A stretch of 63,075 bases of DNA, filler included, from Thraustochytrium aureum (lineage: Eukaryota): assembly GCA_012862495.1 (NCBI GenBank). It is 5 parts of 5 records of this genome, joined end to end, with 100 filler letters (N's around TTAATTAATTAA, not from the genome) between each part and the next. Parts side by side here need not be neighbours in the genome. Positions count along the whole stretch, not along the records: positions 23,036 to 51,282 come from BLSG01000265.1; 4 more parts are not named here. One strand, given 5' to 3'. Below the pieces are notes generated by a model. That model worked only from the letters and a program-made list of their open reading frames with translations, was not told the DNA's origin and did no database searches. The translations under genes and the position numbers were made by a program. Shown here piece after piece: positions 32,573 to 42,466 of this stretch. Positions within the stretch are counted from its first letter, which is position 1; every line of letters starts with the position of its first letter.

Positions 32573-33553
32573 ATGGCAAGCCTCGGCGACTGCTTGTTTC
32601 CGATGACGGGTGAAAATTGCACCGAGACATGGAGCGACGTGCTCGGGTCGAGCCAACCGACAATCGCGACCATCGGCACCGTGCTCTTTGCAGCCACGAT
32701 TCCCTTTACTCTGGTAGTACTTTTCACGATATCTATCCAATACAACGGAGCCGTGAAGAAGGCGAAATCCAAAGGCAAACAAGTGCCAAACATACACAAG
32801 CTCAAGCTCTTTTCGGTCGTGCTCATTCTTTTCGGGAGCGGGTTCGCGCTATCATTCTGCAGCACCGGGATGTTGCTCGGGGAACCGCTGACGACGCTGA
32901 AAGGTAAGCTGAGCTACGTGGCCATGAACCTGGGCATCATGTGCTACTTCACAGCGTCAGCCTGCCTTTTGCTCGTGTACCGCGGTATCTTCATGGCCAC
33001 GCTGGTCGGCAGTAATGTCGACAAGACAAGCGACTGGACGCTGCTCCTGTGCTTTGCCCTTCCCGAGTGCATCGTCACTGGCCTCCTCTGCTCATTTGCG
33101 ATCTCTGGCGTTTTTACAGACCCCATTGTCGGCCTCCGAATGGGGCTTGGGGGCAGCAGCGTCCCGGTCCTCCTGCTCGCCGCAATCATGCGAAAGTACG
33201 GCGACCCCGTTGTTCGAGGAATGCGCGAGGCCGCTTCTCGCAGTGCAGATGGGGTCGAGAAGGAAAACGTACTCGCCGTTGCCAACAAACTGAATGGGTC
33301 TCTCAAGTTTCAAGTGTACAACTGCGTCGGCGCGACGATTATCTATCTGGTCCTCGCGATTACCCCTGTCCTGCACCACCCCGTTGTGGCGCTCGTAATG
33401 GTCGTCTACGTTTGGCTTGGTACTATCTGGGTCTTCCACTTTTTGCTATTGCACGTGCTACGGACGAGCAAAGTGAAGCGCAGCGCGGCGTCTGTGCGGC
33501 CTGAGCCGGCAGCCACGGACGCCACAACCTCGCTTGCAAAGTCAAGCTCATGA
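32573..33553 (+). CDS. Seven-transmembrane (GPCR-like topology) protein of unknown family
   Basis: About 326 aa from ATG 32573. Seven hydrophobic segments counted by eye; N-terminal NCT sequon; longer charged loop between TM5 and TM6. Confidence 0.6.
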   Translation: MASLGDCLFPMTGENCTETWSDVLGSSQPTIATIGTVLFAATIPFTLVVLFTISIQYNGAVKKAKSKGKQVPNIHKLKLFSVVLILFGSGFALSFCSTGMLLGEPLTTLKGKLSYVAMNLGIMCYFTASACLLLVYRGIFMATLVGSNVDKTSDWTLLLCFALPECIVTGLLCSFAISGVFTDPIVGLRMGLGGSSVPVLLLAAIMRKYGDPVVRGMREAASRSADGVEKENVLAVANKLNGSLKFQVYNCVGATIIYLVLAITPVLHHPVVALVMVVYVWLGTIWVFHFLLLHVLRTSKVKRSAASVRPEPAATDATTSLAKSSS

Positions 33554-33619
33554 ACGCCAACCCTGCGAGAAGATCCGAAACGCAACGCTAATTTCATCCC
33601 TCACAAACTATGCAACGCT

Positions 33620-34139
33620 CTAATCCTCTTCTTCTTCCTCTTCGTCGTCTTTTGCGTGCTGCTCGCGCCACTTGCGCAGCATCTCAATCTCGTTGTAGTG
33701 CTGCTTGCGCTTCGACGCAAAGTCCCCTTCCCGCGCAGCATGTGCTGCATGCGGGACCATATCGTGATCCGTGCACGCTGTTCAGCCTGTCTTGGAGCGC
33801 CGACATGTCTAGGCCGCCGCCAGATCCGCCGATGGACTGCCCAGCGCTCTGCGACGCCTTCGCGGAGGCTTCAGCCATTTCCGTGTCGCCGCCAAACACA
33901 ACCTGAACGTTCTTCGCCGTATCGACCAGCATGTCCTCGTATTCCGACGAGGCGTCTTCGCTGTCTACGCTGTCTCGGTGAAACGGCGTGTCCGGCTCGT
34001 CAATTTTCTGCCTCGTTCCGCGGAGTTTGTCATGCTCTTTGATCACCTCCTCATCAAACGTGACATGGCGGTCACTGCTGCTTCTCCGCCGCGCTCCCGC
34101 AGCGTCTCCAGCCGCGGCGCTCGCCCCCGTGCCGTTCAT
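33620..34139 (-). CDS. PPP1R2: Protein phosphatase 1 inhibitor-2 (frameshift about 33770; start uncertain)
   Basis: RHVTFDEE, QKIDEPDTPFH and, in the adjacent frame, FASKRKQHYNE followed by an acidic tail and TAG at 33620. All three inhibitor-2 motifs are present. Confidence 0.88.
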
Positions 34140-34712
34140 CGCCCTGCGCCCGCCTTGCCTTCCCTGCAGCGCCAAAGGCACAGGCTTGCGTGGCGCGCGA
34201 GTCCAGGATTCGCGTCTTTGTCCAGGTGTCACCCGAGCGCCCGCACCACCAGCCCGCCACCGGAGCGGCCGCCTCGCTCGAGCGCGTTGACCGTCTTGCG
34301 GCTCTTCCTGGGGCCACCCTGCCTCGTCTGCTCCGTTGTCCACTCGCGGCTCGGCTCGCTGCTCGCGGGGCGCCCGAGATCTGCTTCTGCTCCTTGTACG
34401 ACTGCTACTTACTTCCATACACTGGCAGAGTCCTTGTGCACTCGACGCTCTCCGCGACCGCGGATGCGCGCCGCGCACGCGAGGCCGCTGGCCGCCTCGT
34501 GGGCTTGGCGCAGATGGGGCGGCACGCTGCAGCAAGCTGCGGCAGACTCTGCTGGGCGCTTGGAGCGAGGACGTCGACGAGCGCGCCTTGCGCGTCGGGC
34601 GTGCAAGTAGCGCGCTGCTCGGCTTGCTCAGCGGTTGTGGTCGAGGAGGACCGACTCGCGGAGCCGAGCGGCGCCGAGGGAAGAGCCGTAGTTATCGATT
34701 GTCTTGTTTTGG

Positions 34713-35948
34713 CTACTTTTTCTTGGCCTTGCCCTTGGCCTTGCCTTTGGCGCCCTTCTTGCCCTTTTTACCCTTGCGTTTCTTCAGCGCTTTGCGCGTC
34801 TGGTTGCCACGGAAAAGAGCTTGGATGCGCGCTGCGGCGTCGTCGTCCCGCTTCTTTATCGCAGCAATTCGCGCCAGCTCCTCGGCGATGAGGCGCTCCT
34901 CTTCGGCCTCGTTGGCCAGGTCGCGGTCGATGCGCCGAAAGTGCTCCTCCAATACAGCCAGACGATCTGACTCGACCTTGTGAGACGCCTCGAGCCGCTC
35001 GAGCTTGTCGCGCCGCACGATTAGCTCGGCGTCGTAGCGGGACACGGCCGCGTTGACCTCGGCGAGGCCGCGGTTGAGCTTTTTGTGCAGCGCGTCCTCC
35101 ATATCTGCGTGCTGGGTGCACTCGCTAATAAACTCCTCGCTTGCTTTGTCAAACGCCTCGAGGACCTTGCGCTGCCGCGACTCAAACTCCTGGGCCACCC
35201 CCACCTTGCGCTGCTTGCTCAGTGTGCTTATGTCGCCCATCTCGTTGTCGTAGTTGGTCCGGATCTCCTCGATGGCGCCCATTAGCTTGTCAATGCTGTT
35301 CTTCTTGTCCTCGAGCATCTTCGCGCGGACTGCCTCGTTCTTCAGTTCTGACTTGATTGTTGCCAGCTCCTCCTCCTGCTGCTGGATCTTCACTTTCACA
35401 TCCTGGAAGAACTCGCTGCGAGCTTGAGCCTGCTCGACAGTTGTCGTCAGTTTGTCCATCAGCGTCTCCTTGAAGCTCAAAAGCGTGTCAAGGACCTCGC
35501 CCAGACTGAGCTCGTCCACCGCTCCACTCTTTTCCTCCTTGCCTTCAAAGGCGTCCTTGCCTTCTGCAGGCCTCTCCTCCTCCTCCTCTTCCACGCGAGT
35601 GTCTTGCTGCCCAGCCTTGCGAGTGCTCCAGCTGGACAAGAGCTCTGTGGCGCGGCTGTCGTTCCGCAGGCTCCGGCAGACTTGCATCGTTGCATCGTGT
35701 AATGCTCGAGTCGTGAGGTCAATCTGGTCCTTGGAGTTGCCGCGGCTTGCTTTCAAAAATCGCTTTTCAGCGGAGCGCAGCGTGCGCAGGCAGTCTGCGA
35801 CGACCAAGCTCTTGGTTCTGTCGAATTCGCTTGCGAGCTCCTCGAGATTCTCGCGGTCGGGCAAGTGTGCCAAGAGCTGCAGCGCGAAAACCGCCTCATC
35901 GAGCACGGCCTCGATCCGGGACGACTCGCCCTGGATGAGCTTATTCAT
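34713..35948 (-). CDS. DRC10: Dynein regulatory complex subunit 10 (IQCD)
   Basis: MNKLIQGESSRIEAVLDE...LQLL, KLTTTVEQ, a long coiled coil, IQ motif AAARIQALFRGNQTRK and a Lys/Gly-rich tail. Confidence 0.8.
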   Translation of the reverse strand: MNKLIQGESSRIEAVLDEAVFALQLLAHLPDRENLEELASEFDRTKSLVVADCLRTLRSAEKRFLKASRGNSKDQIDLTTRALHDATMQVCRSLRNDSRATELLSSWSTRKAGQQDTRVEEEEEERPAEGKDAFEGKEEKSGAVDELSLGEVLDTLLSFKETLMDKLTTTVEQAQARSEFFQDVKVKIQQQEEELATIKSELKNEAVRAKMLEDKKNSIDKLMGAIEEIRTNYDNEMGDISTLSKQRKVGVAQEFESRQRKVLEAFDKASEEFISECTQHADMEDALHKKLNRGLAEVNAAVSRYDAELIVRRDKLERLEASHKVESDRLAVLEEHFRRIDRDLANEAEEERLIAEELARIAAIKKRDDDAAARIQALFRGNQTRKALKKRKGKKGKKGAKGKAKGKAKKK

Positions 35949-36567
35949 TGCGTGCTCCCGCTCTGCTGCAGAGTGCAGCGCCGCGGCGCCTGCCTGGTCT
36001 CGCCGCTGTCGGCCCCCTCGTCTTCGGCTTGAGCCTCCACGTGCGCCAGCGTCGCCAGTCTTTCGCGCCGGCAGCCAACAAAACCACAGTGCGCCGCGAA
36101 GAGTGCAAGCGGTTCTCCGTCGCTGGAACGCCCCGTTCGCAGCTCGACCAGCCTCCAAGCGCCGACGCCGTGGACGCCGACCTGCATTGCATGCGCGAAG
36201 CAAAACCCAAAAGCGGCAAGCAAGGCAGGCTCCCGCATTCGAATTTGCCCGTTGAACGCAACAATTAAGGAGCAAACGGCGCCGCACAGGTCTGAAGTGG
36301 CTCCACGCAGCACAACCGCAGCTCGCAATTCGCAAGGAAGACGCACACGGTCTGGAGATTCGCCTTAATGGCCGCGTGCTTGGGCGTGGTTTGCTCCTGC
36401 GTTGGTTGACCAGCAAGTCGCGCATTGGAAGGCAGAAGAGCTCGACGCGAGCGCGATCGGTGCGCGGCTGCTGGAGGATCTGACTGCCGTGGACAGGACA
36501 GAGCTCCGGAAGCGCATTCCTCTTTCCGCACGGGACCCGCTCGACTGTGCGAAGGGCAGGCCGCGAA

Positions 36568-37518
36568 ATGGCTGAGCGGGCGTGTCATGTCGTTGTGGCA
36601 GGCCGCGTGGACGACAAAAACTTTCACCACGCGCGGCGCGTCGTGGAGGATCTCGCAGAGATGCAGGACAACGTGACCTGTGAGGTGCTGCCCATGTTTG
36701 GGACTGAGTGGCAGGTGTATATCAAGGCGGAGGCCCAGCGGCTTGGGGTTCGCCACAAGGTCTCGCCTCTGGTTTTCTACAACACCAAGAACTACATTGG
36801 GTCAAACACAGAGCTGGCGACCTGGGCAGAGCAGGTCTACGGGCTCAAGCGCACCTTTAACGGCGTGGTGTGCCAGAACATAGCGCGCAAATCGTTCCAA
36901 GCGCATGTCGCGGCAACCCGCCACAGCTTTTGCTACTTGGACGTCGCCTGCGCGGCTCCGTGCCAGGACGAAGCGAAAGCGGTGCCGCCAACCACAGAGC
37001 GCGTTGTGATCGAGCTTTTTGACGATGTCTGTCCGCGAACGTGCCGCAACTTCATGCTGCTCTGCACCGGCGAAAGGGGCGCTTGCTTCGCAGGCACGCC
37101 GTTCCACCGCGCCGTCGAAGGCGGGTGGGTCCAGGGCGGTGACGTCCTGGGGGGCTCAGGGGACGGCAGCGAAGCCGCCTTTGGCGAGACAGAGACCTTT
37201 GCGGACGAAAACTTTGCTATCAAGCACGACAAAGCTGGCATCGTGTCCATGGCGAACTGCGGCACCTCACACACGAATGGCAGTCAGTTTTTCGTGACCT
37301 TAGCTCCGCTTCCCTGGCTGGACTGCAAACGCGTTGCATTTGGCCAAGTCGTGTATGGTCTGCGATCGTTTCATTTGATCGAGCAGCTGCCACGCCGCAA
37401 CGAGCGGCCCCAGGGCGTGTGCCTCGTGTACGCTTGCGGCGAGTTCTTGCCTGAGACGAGCCTGTGCGCATCAAAGTTCGGGGGCTCCAAGGCCGCCCTC
37501 GCAAGGGCCCCTGCAGTA
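36568..37518 (+). CDS. PPIL6: PPIL6-like ciliary cyclophilin (radial-spoke type); 3' end in a gap
   Basis: N-terminal extension VVVAGRVDDKNFHHAR...SPLVF...YIG, then cyclophilin domain ELFDDVCPRTCRNFMLLCTGE...FHRAVEGGWVQGGD...FADENF...SMANCG...NGSQFFVTL...WLD. Confidence 0.8.
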
Positions 37519-37891
37519 NNNNNNNNNNNNNNNNNNNNNNNNNNNNNNNNNNNNNNNNNNNNNNNNNNNNNNNNNNNNNNNNNNNNNNNNNNNNNNNNNN
37601 NNNNNNNNNNNNNNNNNNNNNNNNNNNNNNNNNNNNNNNNNNNNNNNNNNNNNNNNNNNNNNNNNNNNNNNNNNNNNNNNNNNNNNNNNNNNNNNNNNNN
37701 NNNNNNNNNNNNNNNNNNNNNNNNNNNNNNNNNNNNNNNNNNNNNNNNNNNNNNNNNNNNNNNNNNNNNNNNNNNNNNNNNNNNNNNNNNNNNNNNNNNN
37801 NNNNNNNNNNNNNNNNNAAAAAATGAAGTTTCGTCCGCGTCAACTTCTGCACGAGCACAGCGGACATGCACTTCTAGCGCCCGCCAGCCCC

Positions 37892-40800
37892 TCAGTACCC
37901 ACCGAATTCAGAGCTTTGCTCCCAGTCGTCGCCCTCGCTGTCGTTTTCGGCGTCGTCCGAGGACCACTCGCCTTCTTCAGAATCACTGATTTCCAGCCCT
38001 CCCCTTTTGAACTTGCTCATGTCCACGTCTTGAACGCGAACGAGATTCTGCCTGATCTCGAGCTGGCGACGCCGGTATAGGAACATCATCACGAGCAGGA
38101 GGGCCCCGATGGTGGCGAAATTAATGATCAAGATCGTCTCGATCGTGATGGGGAGGTTGTGCACGCGTATAATGAACTCTGTCGAATAGTCGCAGTAGGA
38201 AGCGTTGGCGTGGCTGCTGAATGCCATTTTGAAAAAGTACTCTGGTGGCCGAGGAAAGGACGGGCTGACCCGATAGCATGGGCTGCCTTTGACCAGACAC
38301 AACCATCGAAGCTTGTCCGGCGTTTCAGCGGCAACGACTTGCGCGGTGATTAGCTCTCGATCCTCGACAGGGTAGTCTACGATCTCGTCGTACGTCTTGC
38401 CTCCGCCAATGATGACGATCTCGCCAAAGCTATTCCCAACGACTTGCTCCTCCCCTGTGATGTGATCGATCACTCTGAACATGAGCCAGAAAGGGTGCTG
38501 GTAAAACAGACAGACGTCCTCCTCTGACTCGACGCACCCGTGGTCGTTGTGCTCCTTGCTCCGCACCGGGTCGAACACAATCTCGCGCAAAGGAGGGCAA
38601 CCCGAGTATACGTCTACGTTCAAAGGCGGAATGGACTGGGATTCGGTCGCGATACCGCCGGGGTCGATCACAGACTCACACCCGCCTGCGAGCCCTCCCG
38701 CCGAAAACGTGGTCACGGACAAGCCTTCACCTGGGAGGCCGCGAGTGATTCGCAGCTCTGAAGCCGGCGAGGAAGCGTTGTTGTTGTTGTTGTTGGTCGA
38801 GTCGGACGTGACCTCATTTCGCCAGATTCCGCTGTCGCGGAGCTCGACGTCGTACTCGATCGTGTTGTATAGGGCTATGACGCGGCGCTGGAACGTGAAA
38901 CCCAGCATTGCCGGGTTGCTTATCGCAAAGCTAAGTGACATCGAAGCGAAGGCCTGTTCAAAGCTGCCGCCCGGCGAGCGTGCAACGGCCTGTGGCATCG
39001 AAGGTGTAGAGTAGAGCCGGACATGGAACTTGAACGAGTCGCCCTTGTCGAGAAAGACGCGCTCAGGGAGTTTGCTAAAGTAGCTCTGGTCTTGCATGGC
39101 CACGTGCTCTGCTTGCGACAGCCCGTCGACTGTGAAAAGCTTGCGGACATGCGAAGTCTGGTGGGGCGAAAAGACCAGCACGTCGTTGAGCCGGCACTTG
39201 CTGTTGGTCTTGCTAAACACCATCGTGCTGGCCGCCCGGACAGCACTCAGCTTGATTGTGATGGCACTACGTACTGTCCGCAGCTCGCCAGCAATTCCGA
39301 ACGGCTCGAGCCCAACCGCCTTGAGCACGTTTGTTTCAGTGAAGAAGAGCGAGACGGGCGCAGCAAAGTCCGGCACGTCCAAGATACGCTCCGCGGCAAG
39401 GAAAATGCGGTCGCTTCCAGACCGCCCGGCCCACACCGAAAGAGACTCTGTGAGAAGTGCAACCCAGCCGTCCGAGGAGAAAACCACCTGGCGAATCGGG
39501 TCGTTTGCAAAGGCGATTGCTGAGGGAATGTCCCACACTGGCTCCAGGCCGGATACGTCGCGCAGCATGCCCTGGGACACGGCCCAGAACGCAGCCCCGC
39601 CGTTCGAACTCACCATCAGAGCATTCCCCCAGGCGTACACGACGTTTGAGATCTTGGCTGAGGCCGTCAGGCCCGACAGACGGAGAGGGACGTTGCCGAG
39701 TTCCTCTGACGCGGTCCATCGCGAGGAAACCCGCTCTTGGCTCGGCACCCTGTCTGTCGCAGTTGAGCTCGATGCATTTACCGCCACGACGTCTGGGAAG
39801 ACCCGATGCGCCATCCACTCGCCTTGGTCGAGAGCAGCGAGCCAGAACGTTGAATTGACCGCAATACCGCTCGCGCTTGGCCCGGCCGCAGGAGACTCGA
39901 CGAGCACAAGGACAAAACTCAGCCCCTTCGGCAAAAGGGAGGCGACGTCCACCACAACGTCAGAGCTGTTCAGGCCGAGTGCACTGCGGATACCCCGGCC
40001 AGTCGAATCTACGGCTTCGTGCACAGAAAAGGCGTTCTCTGTGATTTGCTCGTCGTTCGACGGGCCTTCGAAGAACGACCTGGTCCGTCGTGGCCCCTCG
40101 CCGCATAGGCCGGGGCGTGCATCTGCAACAAACACTGCTGGGAGCTCGAGGCCGGAAAACCGCTTGGTCTCATAGGTGGGCTCGTCTGTAAAGCTGGCTG
40201 TGAGCGAGCTAGATACAGGCACGAAATACGCGCGGCACGACGTGTCTGGGCTGACAGGGTCGTGCTGCGTCGGTAGGATGAATCGACCGCACACCGGCGC
40301 GACTGCGCGCCATCCATAGTTGAGCACGTCCGAAAACACCGAGACGTCGTAGGCCTCGCGATACGCCAAACCCCAGCTGGTACTGGCCAAGAAGGTAGAC
40401 CCAAACGAGACCACTTGCGGGCGCCAGCCGCTCCTTGCGAGGGCGTCGCAGGGCCCTGCGTACCACGGACTGGTTTCCTTCTTGGCTCCGTCAAAGTACT
40501 GGTCTGGCGCGTCGACTTGGTCGTAGACGTTGTGGCCATCGTCGTCGATCTCCCACTCGAACCCAACCGACGCCCGGGCGTTCTGGAACGGGTAGATGAA
40601 AGATAGTTCGAGCGCAACAGCCGCGCTCGAGCCAATGTCCTCGAACTCATTCGTCGATGCCCAGGTTGTGGCCGACGAAAAGCCATTCGTCGACCTGGCT
40701 ACAACGAACCATATCCAGGAGATACCGTGCAGGCCTGTCACCGTCAGGTCCTCCCAAACAGACGCCAGGCCGAATTCGTCGCGCTGTGCATCGCTGCTGT

Positions 40801-41494
40801 CCCCTACTTGAGGGCCAAGCTGACTCCCACCCGGACTTGTGCGAACGGCCAAGAACGGTTGGCCGAGGGCCACGTAGGGCCGCTTTGTTGTCAGGGCCGC
40901 CAGTTCGAGGAGCGGGGTGCGCAGCACCACGGCGGAGGAGCACACATCGATGACATCTAGCGCGCCCATCCATCCACTCTCTGTCCTCAGTAGAACCGGG
41001 CTGAAGGTCGCGAGCTCGCTGAGGGAGAACGTGAGCGCCCAGCCGGGCACTTTGCTGCTCGGGTTTTCCAGTTCTGCCCCGAAGACCTCTGCTGGTCCTG
41101 CGCTGCCGAACCCTATCCGCTCTCCCCAGACGAGCGGCTGGATTTCGATTTCAGGGCGGAGCCCCAGCCCTGCTGCTTGGGACGTGGCACGCCAGTCGAC
41201 GAAAAGGTGCCCGTCGCTCCCGACGCGTTTTGCGATGACCCAGGTCAGCCGAAGTTGCGACTCGGCGTGAAACACCGACCCGCCGTCAACGCCAACCGAT
41301 CGAGCAACAGTCTCCTCGACGCTCTCTTCAATGCCCAGCTCGTAAAACGGCACCAGGGACGCCAGCACCATCCACTCATACGTGCACTGGGACACGTGCG
41401 TGCCCGCGGCGCCATCCACGTTGCGCAATAACCCGACTAGCCACGCCCCGACAGCTGCCATGGCCGCCCATCCTCGCTGTCTGCCCCGCGCCAT
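37892..41494 (-). CDS. CATSPERG: CatSper channel auxiliary subunit gamma homologue
   Basis: About 1200-aa type I membrane protein. LPERVFLDKGDSFKF, VYSGCPPLREIVFD and WLCLVKGSPCY...PEYFFKM...YCDYSTEFIIRVHNLP followed by a TM match recalled CATSPERG motifs (YVGCPPG; WLC..NSPC; PEFFFK; YCNY). Confidence 0.8.
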   Translation of the reverse strand: MARGRQRGWAAMAAVGAWLVGLLRNVDGAAGTHVSQCTYEWMVLASLVPFYELGIEESVEETVARSVGVDGGSVFHAESQLRLTWVIAKRVGSDGHLFVDWRATSQAAGLGLRPEIEIQPLVWGERIGFGSAGPAEVFGAELENPSSKVPGWALTFSLSELATFSPVLLRTESGWMGALDVIDVCSSAVVLRTPLLELAALTTKRPYVALGQPFLAVRTSPGGSQLGPQVGDSSDAQRDEFGLASVWEDLTVTGLHGISWIWFVVARSTNGFSSATTWASTNEFEDIGSSAAVALELSFIYPFQNARASVGFEWEIDDDGHNVYDQVDAPDQYFDGAKKETSPWYAGPCDALARSGWRPQVVSFGSTFLASTSWGLAYREAYDVSVFSDVLNYGWRAVAPVCGRFILPTQHDPVSPDTSCRAYFVPVSSSLTASFTDEPTYETKRFSGLELPAVFVADARPGLCGEGPRRTRSFFEGPSNDEQITENAFSVHEAVDSTGRGIRSALGLNSSDVVVDVASLLPKGLSFVLVLVESPAAGPSASGIAVNSTFWLAALDQGEWMAHRVFPDVVAVNASSSTATDRVPSQERVSSRWTASEELGNVPLRLSGLTASAKISNVVYAWGNALMVSSNGGAAFWAVSQGMLRDVSGLEPVWDIPSAIAFANDPIRQVVFSSDGWVALLTESLSVWAGRSGSDRIFLAAERILDVPDFAAPVSLFFTETNVLKAVGLEPFGIAGELRTVRSAITIKLSAVRAASTMVFSKTNSKCRLNDVLVFSPHQTSHVRKLFTVDGLSQAEHVAMQDQSYFSKLPERVFLDKGDSFKFHVRLYSTPSMPQAVARSPGGSFEQAFASMSLSFAISNPAMLGFTFQRRVIALYNTIEYDVELRDSGIWRNEVTSDSTNNNNNNASSPASELRITRGLPGEGLSVTTFSAGGLAGGCESVIDPGGIATESQSIPPLNVDVYSGCPPLREIVFDPVRSKEHNDHGCVESEEDVCLFYQHPFWLMFRVIDHITGEEQVVGNSFGEIVIIGGGKTYDEIVDYPVEDRELITAQVVAAETPDKLRWLCLVKGSPCYRVSPSFPRPPEYFFKMAFSSHANASYCDYSTEFIIRVHNLPITIETILIINFATIGALLLVMMFLYRRRQLEIRQNLVRVQDVDMSKFKRGGLEISDSEEGEWSSDDAENDSEGDDWEQSSEFGGY

Positions 41495-42466
41495 GCCGGC
41501 CACCTAGCACCAGCCGCCGGCTCGCAGCCCACTTCGCGGCGCGGCCCGCGCAGGGGCCTCCCACCCGGCGTTTTGCGTGGGCTTGGCGGCCAAAACAACA
41601 ACAACAACAACNNNNNNNNNNNNNNNNNNNNNNNNNNNNNNNNNNNNNNNNNNNNNNNNNNNNNNNNNNNNNNNNNNNNNNNNNNNNNNNNNNNNNNNNN
41701 NNNNNNNNNNNNNNNNNNNNNNNNNNNNNNNNNNNNNNNNNNNNNNNNNNNNNNNNNNNNNNNNNNNNNNNNNNNNNNNNNNNNNNNNNNNNNNNNNNNN
41801 NNNNNNNNNNNNNNNNNNNNNNNNNNNNNNNNNNNNNNNNNNNNNNNNNNNNNNNNNNNNNNNNNNNNNNNNNNNNNNNNNNNNNNNNNNNNNNNNNNNN
41901 NNNNNNNNNNNNNNNNNNNNNNNNNNNNNNNNNNNNNNNNNNNNNNNNNNNNNNNNNNNNNNNNNNNNNNNNNNNNNNNNNNNNNNNNNNNNNNNNNNNN
42001 NNNNNNNNNNNNNNNNNNNNNNNNNNNNNNNNNNNNNNNNNNNNNNNNNNNNNNNNNNNNNNNNNNNNNNNNNNNNNNNNNNNNNNNNNNNNNNNNNNNN
42101 NNNNNNNNNNNNNNNNNNNNNNNNNNNNNNNNNNNNNNNNNNNNNNNNNNNNNNNNNNNNNNNNNNNNNNNNNNNNNNNNNNNNNNNNNNNNNNNNNNNN
42201 NNNNNNNNNNNNNNNNNNNNNNNNNNNNNNNNNNNNNNNNNNNNNNNNNNNNNNNNNNNNNNNNNNNNNNNNNNNNNNNNNNNNNNNNNNNNNNNNNNNN
42301 NNNNNNNNNNNNNNNNNNNNNNNNNNNNNNNNNNNNNNNNNNNNNNNNNNNNNNNNNNNNNNNNNNNNNNNNNNNNNNNNNNNNNNNNNNNNNNNNNNNN
42401 NNNNNNNNNNNNNNNNNNNNNNNNNNNNNNNNNNNNNNNNNNNNNNNNNNNNNNNNNNNNNNNNNN

